From Octopus vulgaris (lineage: Eukaryota), in NCBI GenBank assembly GCA_951406725.2, contig OX597814.1, positions 142,166,001-142,230,000 of the forward strand: DNA of 64,000 bases, read 5' to 3'. The notes beneath the pieces were generated by a model. It searched no databases, had not been told where the DNA came from, and was given only the letters and a program-made list of their open reading frames with translations. Positions 55,012-64,000 of this stretch are shown here, one piece after another. Made by a program: the position numbers and the translations under genes. The first letter of the stretch is position 1, and the number at the start of each line of letters is the position of its first letter.

Positions 55012-55168
55012 ATAGGGAGAGTTTACGAAAAAAACAAAAGACGAAGACAGGTGGTGTACAAAACAATCAGATGTATTAGTATAACGCTCAGGAATAGAAA
55101 AAGTATTTTACGTTTCGAGCCTACGCTCTTCTACAGAAAGGGACACAGAAAAAACAAGGAGAGAAACA
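55012..55168 (-). mobile_element. Short dispersed repeat with a hammerhead-like motif (second copy ~57985-58137)
   Basis: Two similar copies (~90% by eye). The minus strand reads CTGTAGA-A-GAGC-GTAG-GCTC-GAAA-CGT. Confidence 0.55.
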
Positions 55169-55191
55169 TAGAGAGAGAGAGAAAGAGAGAG

Positions 55192-55568
55192 GAGCAGGAG
55201 TAGCTGTGTGGTAAGTAGCTTGCTTCCCAACCACATGATTCCAGGTTCAGTTCCACCGAGTGACACCTTGGGCAAGTGTCTTCTATAGCCTCGGGTCGAA
55301 CAAAGCCTTGTGAGGGGATTTGGTAGACGGAAACTAAAAGAAGCCCGTCGTATATATGTATATGTTTGTGTATCTGTGTTTGCCTTCACCACCATCGCTT
55401 GACAACCGATGCAGGTGTGTTTACGTCCCCGCAACTTAGCGGTTCGGCAAAGAGACCAATAAAATAAGTACTTGGCTTATTAAGAATAAGTCCTGGGGGT
55501 CGATCTGTTCGAGTAAACGCGGTGCTCTAGCATGGCCGCAGTCAAATGACTGAAGCAAATAAAAGAAT
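55192..55568 (+). mobile_element. SINE family A, CpG-intact
   Basis: Complete copy. Confidence 0.88.
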
Positions 55569-55755
55569 ATATATATATAATTTAATTAAATTCGATTACG
55601 TAAAAATGTTGAAACTATGCATGGTACAAAGTTGAAGGGGATAAATGTTTTTATTTCTCCTTTAGTTTCAGAATTACTACTATTTTGCGGTTTGAGTTTA
55701 GCTGCTCTTTCAAGTGAGTTGAACGGCCTGTCAGGGTCATTCCTTAATACTATTG

Positions 55756-55807
<52 letters not shown>

Positions 55808-56739
55808 GGTTTTGAGTACTCTTTTATCCGACAATCAACACTGAACGAACATATATAAAACTTTATGCATTTTAAAATACAATACAACAATTGCCAAAAC
55901 AAAATATCGATAGCACACTAAAAAGTAGAACCTCAAACACCAACCACAAATGAACACACGCTTCTTCTAGCTTAACTAACCAGGTATACGTGTGGTGATT
56001 AACCGATACCGACATAAAAGCTAAAATCTATTCAGTAATTCATTGAATGAAACTATAAAGTCATATAAGTACATACGTACGAATGAGTGTTAAGTGTGTA
56101 GAATAAAAGTAGTTTATTTATTCATTTATTTATTTATTTATTCGTTGTTTGTTTTTGTGGTTGTACCTGTTTTACAAAAGATCATAAGCAAAAGTCATCG
56201 ACAACAACACTAAAAAACGTCAGCAGATTTCGATTCTTTCTTTAGTATGTTTTTTTTCTGGTTTTTATTGTTTGTTTTGTTTTATATATATATATATATT
56301 TTTTTTTCCCCCTGTTGTTCGTTTGGAGTCTCACGTCTGTCAATCATGTTTGTATTAACATATACCGATGTGAGAAGCGTATTTAATAATGAATGACAAC
56401 AGCTTTTTGCTTTCAAGCAAGTATCACTAAAATGATCAGACTGTTAAAATACAGAACCAACACACACACACACACGAGTGGACAAACGAAAGAAAGAGGC
56501 ACTCAGCTAGAAGTTACATGTATTATTATGTAAAGCATGGAGCCGAATCGAACTGCTTTAAATAATAATAATAATAATAATGATAATAATAATGTGTATG
56601 CACGCGCACGCACGTACATTCATATACACTCGGACAACGATTACCAGTCTAAGTAGTATTTCCGTCCTGGTATATAGCACAAAGAAATGGAAAGATTAGT
56701 TCTCATATATCGACAGTTCTTGAATAAATACAAATAAAT

Positions 56740-56741
56740 AA

Positions 56742-56772
<31 letters not shown>

Positions 56773-56851
56773 TGTTTCTTTATTAGTCACACAGGGCTGA
56801 ACACAGAGGGGACAAGTTACAAAAGACAGATAGACAGACGGATAGATAGAC

Positions 56852-56918
<67 letters not shown>

Positions 56919-56967
56919 TAGATAGATAGATAGACACAGACAGACAGATAGATAGACACAGACAGAC

Positions 56968-57018
<51 letters not shown>

Positions 57019-57019
57019 C

Positions 57020-57050
<31 letters not shown>

Positions 57051-57390
57051 CAGACAGAGAGAGAGATAGATAGATAGATAGACAGACACAGATAGAGAGA
57101 GAGAGAGAGACAGACAGATAGATAGACAGAAAAACAGACATACAGAGATATAGACAGACGGATATATAGACAGACAGATAGATAGACAGATAGATAAATA
57201 GATAGACAGACAGATATATAGACAGACAGACAGATATGACAGATATGTACATGTATGTAAGTGGTGCGCGCGCACATAGACACACAGACTCGCACACACG
57301 TGTGTGTGTGTGTGTGTATGCGTGCCTGTGAATGTGTCATGTATGTGTACATACATATATACATACGAATGTGTGTGTGAGTGCGCGCGC
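56740..57390. repeat. (GACA)n/(GATA)n/(TG)n microsatellite block
   Basis: Direct reading. Confidence 0.95.
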
Positions 57391-57934
57391 GTTCTGAAGT
57401 TCAATTTACAACGTCTGCAGCTCTGCTAAATAGTTCCATCATATGTGAAGGTCGATACCATTCATATGTTAACAGTTCACTTCGTGTATGTGTTTGCTGT
57501 TGTTTTTGATAGTAACGACGGGTGCCAGCAGTCATCCTCTTCAGATCGAACACTTGCTAAATCATCCACTAACTTCTCATGTCGGTTCCCCTGTACCTCG
57601 CTCCCCATATTCAGATCGATTTTCGAACGATTGAAAGCTTATTTTTGGTTTAGGTATAATTCAAACGGAACGGAAAGTTATCTGAGAAAAATAGTTACAA
57701 CCGGGAAACGAACATAAAGCGTTGATTCAGTTCCGAAAAAAGTTATGGAATATAGTGTTCCTCGGGCGCAGGCGTGGCTGAGAGGTTAAGAAGCTTACTT
57801 CTCAACCATGTAATCTTGGGGTTCAGTCTCACTGCACAGCACCTTAGGCAGGTGTTATTTACTCTATTCCCAGGTCGACCAAAGCCTTGTGAGCGGATTT
57901 GCTAGACAGAAATTGAAAGTGAAAGAAACCAGTC

Positions 57935-57972
<38 letters not shown>

Positions 57973-58164
57973 ATAGGGGGGGGGGAGTTTACGAAAAAAA
58001 TTAAAAGACGAAGACATGTGATGTACAAAACAAACAGATGTATTAGTATAACGCTCAGGAATTGAAAAAGTCTTTTACGTTTCGAGCCTACGCTCTTCTA
58101 CAGAAAGGGACACAGAAAAAAAACAAGGAGAGAAAATGTGTATAGTGGCTACCGATTTATCATG

Positions 58165-58208
<44 letters not shown>

Positions 58209-58209
<1 letters not shown>

Positions 58210-58466
58210 TGTTGTGTCTGGGGAGAGTCATTTTCTTTTTGTGCCTTATAATGTAACACACTCACCGGTAAAATTTCCACTTATTTCTTATTTTTATTTT
58301 CCTAAAGTTTTCGTTACGTCTTGCAACCTTTTCAATAGTGGAAATTTTACCGGTGAGTGTTACATTATAAGGTACAAAAAGAAAATGACTCGCCCCAGAC
58401 ACAACAGGATATGCTTCAAAACACGAACTCATATAAAGAATCTTGCAAACCAAATCCAAAAACGAA
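58209..58466. repeat. Second fold-back copy of the 49.8-kb family (arms 58209-58281 / 58337-58407)
   Basis: Direct reverse-complement match, preceded by (TA)n. Confidence 0.85.
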
Positions 58467-60579
58467 ATATGTGTGTGTGTTCTCTCACCACCGCTTCACA
58501 GCGCTGTTGGTTTTGTCTACGTCTACTTAAAAGGTTTTTAAATAAGTCCTGGGGTTGGTTGACTTGTTCGACTAAACCTTTCAAGGCGGTGCTCCATCTT
58601 GGACGCACTCCAAATACTGAAACAAGCAAATGATAAAAGTTACTTGAACAGAATTCCATGTTAACAGTTTTTCCTGGAGGCAAAACGAAATGGTATCAAC
58701 AGCAGCCAGCTATCAATGAGCTGGTGATTCTTCGCAGCATCCATACAACAGCCATTCTGATAAGCTTAGCGTAATTTCTTAGGGAAAAACCAAGACAACC
58801 ACCAACTTGTAGGTATCATAAGCACAGATGCTTTTGCGACAAACTTTTATAAACTGTATTTCCTTATGTCCAAATATGTATGTATTCTTTCTCTCCTATA
58901 ATAAAATTCTGAACTCCAAACAGAGAGCTGAAGTATGTGCAGTAAAATTCGAAACAGAGTCGACAAATTGCCAAGTTAAAATCACGTCATAGCAACAGTT
59001 TGTTCACGTGAGCGGCCGAATTATGGATCAACTAGTAGCCAGACATCACATGATAAATCATTCTGGAAGGGTTTGGAACATTTCCTTACAATAGTCATGT
59101 TCTGAGCGCCAACTTCGAAGGGTGTTGAAGACGAGTAGATGAAATGGCATCTCTACTCCTGCCAGACAATTCGCGCAGAGACCGGTCGATTCCGTTCCTT
59201 TCTCACTTCTTACTTTGGTGTGTGGCAACCCACAGCTCAGTTCCACATACTTTCTTGCTGCTTTTAATAGTTATTATCACGGCTCGAGTTTTGCTACAGA
59301 AGCTTAGATACCGATTCAGTAGAAATAAGATGATAAATTTTACTGGTCATCTTTGTAATTTTAACTCAAAGAAATAAATCATTTTTACTCACGTAGTCTA
59401 GACATAAGCAAAATGATTGTTTAATAATGATTTCAAATTTTAGCACAAGGCCAGCAATTTCAGGACAAGCAATAGGCTTGTCGATTACTTCAACCCTAGT
59501 GCTCAGCTGGTACTTATTTTATCGACCTGGAAAGGATGAAAGGCGAAGTCGACTTCGGCGGAATTTGAATACGAAGAATGGTTAATAATGGCCTGAAGGG
59601 ATCACCTGAATAAAATAAGAATCAAAGTGGTTGAGAACCACTGATATTTACGAAAGTATAGGACTGTTAAGGCCAGAAAACCAAACGTTAATCATAGGTT
59701 TGGAGCTAAACAACGACGAAATATTAGAGTCTTTGAGATCATGACTATCGACTGAGTCCAATTAGCTTCTTAAAAATAAAAGATAAATGTGGTGAATCGT
59801 GGCACAATTTCCAAAAAATATGGAATGCGTTAAAATATAGTTTACTTGAAATGCCGAAAAGAAAAAAAAAGTATTTGCTAATTGCGTCTTTTCGAAATTT
59901 CTGCTTGCTTTTATACATCATTACATCTGCTAATTAATATTTGTTTTTAACGTTGTTTTTAATTAAATATTTCCAAGTTATATAAACGCTTTTTTTTTCT
60001 CGCCTCATAATGCAAGTGCTTTTTTAGAATGAAAAATTAATTTTTTTCCTCTCAGAAGTAAAAAAAAGAAAAAGAAAGAAATACTAAACAATATGTTCTT
60101 CTTCGTTTTGGTATTTCCAATAAACTATTCCCCATTTTTAAAATTAAACCACTGCTCCCCACATTAACCGCATCAAACTTAATATTATATTCAGCCAATT
60201 TACATACAAGTGAAATAGCTGATCCAAGAAATATTACAAACATAAGACGTCCTCTAGATACTGAAATATGCTTGTATTTGTGTCTTTATTGCAGCAATTG
60301 CGAACGCTGGTCCTATATTTTTTTTAATGTTTTTAATGTGCCATTTATATTTGATATTTTATAGCCATAAGGTCATGTTTAAGCGTTTATATGCTGGCAG
60401 TATTGACTGGTGCCATAAAAATATGTTAGCCAGTAGACGATCAAATATGTTCAATAGAGAACTTTAGCAAACAGACTAAAATCGATGATGGCCAAATTTC
60501 ATTCTCCAATAATCTTCAAGTATGTGAAGTCATGAAAGGGTTATGCAAACATTTTGATATATATATACAGATAGTTAAA

Positions 60580-60610
<31 letters not shown>

Positions 60611-61619
60611 GTTAATATTATTCATCTTTATCTGGCGATCCAAAACGGAAAGCCACTTGAGTAAAACTTATAAGTGTTAATACTGAATTGGAAGCGGTAA
60701 GAGACAAAAAAAAAAAAAAAAGCCAAAAGAAAAAAATTGGCAGCTGTCCAGAAATACACGAATCAAGTAGGAATAATTGTGAATAATCAATCTTTAGTGC
60801 AATATCTAAGGGACTGGGACACAGCAACGGCAACGAAAAGCATAGGAGTTTTGTAAGAGAATGGATTAATGTAATACTGTTTCGAGGGAAAGAAGCAAAG
60901 ACGACTAAAAGCGAAGATTCAATTTGAACACTACAAGTCAAACTATACAGTCATGAAGATTTGAACAGAGTTACATGCTTACTTTTCTTTCTTTCCATTT
61001 CCTTTTCTTTTTCTTTTTCTTTTGTTTGTTTTTGTTAGCAAGCGAGGTCAAAGCGAAATTTCTTTAGAAAATTTAATTAATATAAATCCAATATTATTTT
61101 ACGGCAAAACCAAATATCTTTTATCCGTCTCTGTCGTTAGGCTGCGACCATGCTGGGGCACCGCCTCGAAGACTTTCTAGCCGAATGAATCGACCCCACT
61201 ATTTATTTTTATTTTAAGCCTTTATACTTACCCCCAGCGCTCTCTTTTACCGAATCGCTAAGTTACAGTGGGCTGGAGCAACGTGAAATAAAGTGTCTTG
61301 CTCAAGGTCTCAACACGCCGCCGGGAAACGAACTCACGACCTTACGATCGTGAGCCGAATACCCCTGACTACTAAGCCACACGTCTTCACTGGCATAGCC
61401 TTAAATAGATCGGACGGTCACAGGTGAGACGCCTTCGATCATCGATATTTGCGATCAGATTAACCCTGCAAAGAATGTGTCTGTCAGTTTATGTTTAAAA
61501 TGCTGTGCATTAGTTTCATTAAAAAGATCTTCTTACAACAACTAATGACTGCCATCCTTTATCTTTTCTTTTACTTGTTTCAGTCACTGGTCATGCTGGG
61601 GCACTGCCCTGAAGGGTTT

Positions 61620-61657
61620 CAGTCGAACAAATCGTACCCACTACTAAAGGTTTTTTT

Positions 61658-61711
<54 letters not shown>

Positions 61712-62067
61712 CTTTTGTCGAACTGCTAAATTTTTGGGGATGTAAACAAACCGATACCGGTTTCAATCGAACAAATCGCACCCACTACTAATGGTCTTTT
61801 TCTTTTTTTATATCGGTCTTTTGCCGAACTGCAAAGTTATGGGGACGTAAACAAACCGACACTGGTATCAATCGAACAAATTGCATCCAGTATTAATAGT
61901 CTCTTTTTTCTGTCGGTCTTTCACCGAACTACTAAGTTATGAGGACGTAAACAAACTGACACCGGTTTCAATCGAACAAATCACACCAAGTACTAATGGC
62001 CTCTTTTTCTATCGGTCTTTTGCTGAACTGTTAAGCTATGGTAACGTAAACTGACTGACACCGGTTG
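61620..62067 (-). repeat. ~100-105 bp tandem repeat x4 derived from the SINE family A 3' half
   Basis: TCGAACAAAT...TCGGTCTTT..CGAACT.CTAAGTTAT.GG.ACGTAAACAAAC.GACACCGGTT recurs at ~61623, 61767, 61872 and 61972. Confidence 0.85.
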
Positions 62068-62776
62068 TCAGTACAGACACATACACACACATGACGGGCA
62101 TCGACACAATTTCAGCCTACCAAATTCATTCAAAGATAATACTCGGCCCGGAGTTATAGTAGGTGCTGCGCAGTGGAACTGAACCGAAACCATATGGTAC
62201 GAAGCGAGTTTCTTAATCATACAGCTATACCTGATCGGTTTTACATTAATCAGTAACTGAGTTAAATGCTTCCGGGGGTTAGATAAATGAGAAATTGTTA
62301 CATTCATAACTTGTTGACATTTTAACTGAAGATAGTTTCTAAATGGATATTAAAATCTTGTCACAGATTTCATTACATATGTCCTGGTAACATTCGTCGT
62401 CAAGTCAATTAAAATTTGAGGAAACTGGTAAAATTCCAAACCACTTACATTATTGTCTATTTTCCGTCCGTTTAATGTCAATCATCGGTTTCTACATTCA
62501 TTGACAATTAATGCTAAAATAGGAATCGGTATGCTGTTCTTTGAAACACTATCGCAGCACTATGAGTAATCTGATGGTTCGTTCATAAGCTAAGAAGCCA
62601 TTAACGCATCTTTTGCAAGCATTATCTGGTCTTTTAGTTTATGTGGCGAAGCACAATAAAGGTAATGGAAGAAAGAAAGAGAGAAATATTTAATTGTACT
62701 CATTTCACTCGTTACATTATATATACTGTTATTTTTCGTGAGGATAGCAGTATCAGATAATTTCGTTTATTCATTA

Positions 62777-62992
62777 CGAGGAGTGCTGAAAGGTTCCTGG
62801 CTCTGGGTAAAAGAAAATACAGGAGGATTAGTTAATTATGGTTTTATTCAACATATTCCCCTCTCGGATTCACACATTGAGAGGGGGATATTGTAGCAGT
62901 CCTTCAGTTTTTTTCTAAGCCGTGTAGAAGAACTCGGAACGTTGGGTCTCCAGCCATGCCTTTCAAGCCAGGAACTTTTCAGCACCGCCTCG
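62777..62992 (-). mobile_element. Mariner-derived MITE, same family as 40577
   Basis: TA|CGAGGAGTGCTGAAAGGTTCCTGGCT ... AGCCAGGAACTTTTCAGCACCGCCTCG|TA. Confidence 0.85.
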
Positions 62993-63350
62993 TATATAAA
63001 GAACAAGCTTATCAACCATCTACAAATAATTGTTGTTCTTTCAGGCTAGCTCAGTCTGGTTTGGAGCTTGTCAAATATCTATCTCTGAAACGGCTATAGC
63101 CAATTAAAACATGTGGTCGATATTTCTTATCGAAGACATCCTAGCTTAAAATGAAATGATATGTTCTTCTATGATTTAAGAGTGAATCGGTTGTTATTCA
63201 AATGGTATTATGAGGATTGTTGAAGGGGATTTGTCAGCGACGTAAGGACTACAGTCTTGTTATTCGTATAACGAACCATTATTGCAGAATAGTTTCAAGA
63301 ACGACGTCTTCGTCATACACGTTTGGAGAGGTGATAGTCATACACACAAA

Positions 63351-63750
63351 GGCGGTGAGATGGCAGAATCGTTAGCACGCTGGACGAAATGCTTAGTGAT
63401 ATTTCGTCTGCCGCTACGTTCTGAGTTCAAATTCCGCCGAGGTCTACTTTGCCTTTCATCCTTTCGGGGTCGATTAAATAAGTACCAGTTACGCACTGGA
63501 GTCGATATAATCGACTTAATCCGTTTGTTTGTTCTTGTTTGTCCCCTCTGTGTTTAGCCCCTTGTGGGTAGTAAAGAAATAGGTATTTCGTCTGCCGTTA
63601 CGTTCTGAGTTCAAATTCCGCCGTGGTCGACTTTGCCTTTCATCCTTTCGGGGTCGAATAAATTAAGTACTAGTTGAACACTGGGGGTCGATGTAATCGA
63701 CTAACCCCCTCCCTCACAATTTCAGGCTTTGTGCCTATAGTAGAAATGAT
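63351..63750 (+). mobile_element. tRNA-derived SINE family B (two partial units)
   Basis: GGCGGTGAGATGGCAGAATCGTTAGC...GAGTTCAAATTCC...GCCTTTCATCCTTTCGGGGTCGA. Other copies at ~8965-9175(-), 15155-16077(+, cluster), 18340-18540(-), 25935-26370(-) and 59425-59570(-). Confidence 0.85.
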
Positions 63751-64000
63751 AGTCTTACACGCATACAAGTGCACGTGTGTGGGTGTGTGTGTGTGTGTAT
63801 GAGGGAGGTGGGGGTTAAGTAACTAACATAGTGCTTTTTTTCTCCCGTGAAACAGAGAATGTCCGGAGTTTGCGATCGGACTTGGGCAATACTTCTTGAG
63901 TTTGAGGAATTGCCGATATTTTAAAAGCGCACCCTACACCAGGTGTTTTTGCTTTCTAATAGCAAGAACCTCAATTAATTGCAGTTTGTCGAATTAAAAT

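Noticed and set aside
58640-61000. ORFs of 60-107 aa in unique DNA
   Set aside because: No recognisable domains, and lengths are compatible with chance.

Overview
This is AT-rich, repeat-dense eukaryotic (animal) DNA. The SINE, RTE and microsatellite content strongly resembles an Octopus (coleoid cephalopod) genome; the taxon is inferred, not shown. I cannot support any intact host protein-coding gene, and most listed ORFs are microsatellite or SINE artefacts. The main contents are: (1) a near-complete, slightly 5'-truncated RTE-clade LINE (42.2-46.0 kb, minus) with APE, RT, an inserted PHD-like finger and one homopolymer frameshift; (2) a full-length decayed mariner (46.9-48.3 kb) carrying a 285-bp snap-back palindrome centred on a tiny RTE 3' end; (3) decayed transposase, RT and helicase fragments of hAT, piggyBac, Helitron, CR1/L2, R4-like and RTE elements; (4) many tRNA-derived SINEs, RTE-tail elements and TTAA/TA MITEs, some deeply nested; (5) a 1.84-kb tandem duplication with its breakpoint inside a Helitron; (6) a 9 x 89-bp array amplified from inside a SINE; (7) several long fold-back elements, mostly beside TA microsatellites, carrying degenerate hammerhead-ribozyme-like motifs (Penelope/retrozyme-like); and (8) an apparent CpG-depleted to CpG-retaining transition near 55 kb that may mark the edge of a methylated gene body. 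Repeat boundaries were read by eye and are approximate.
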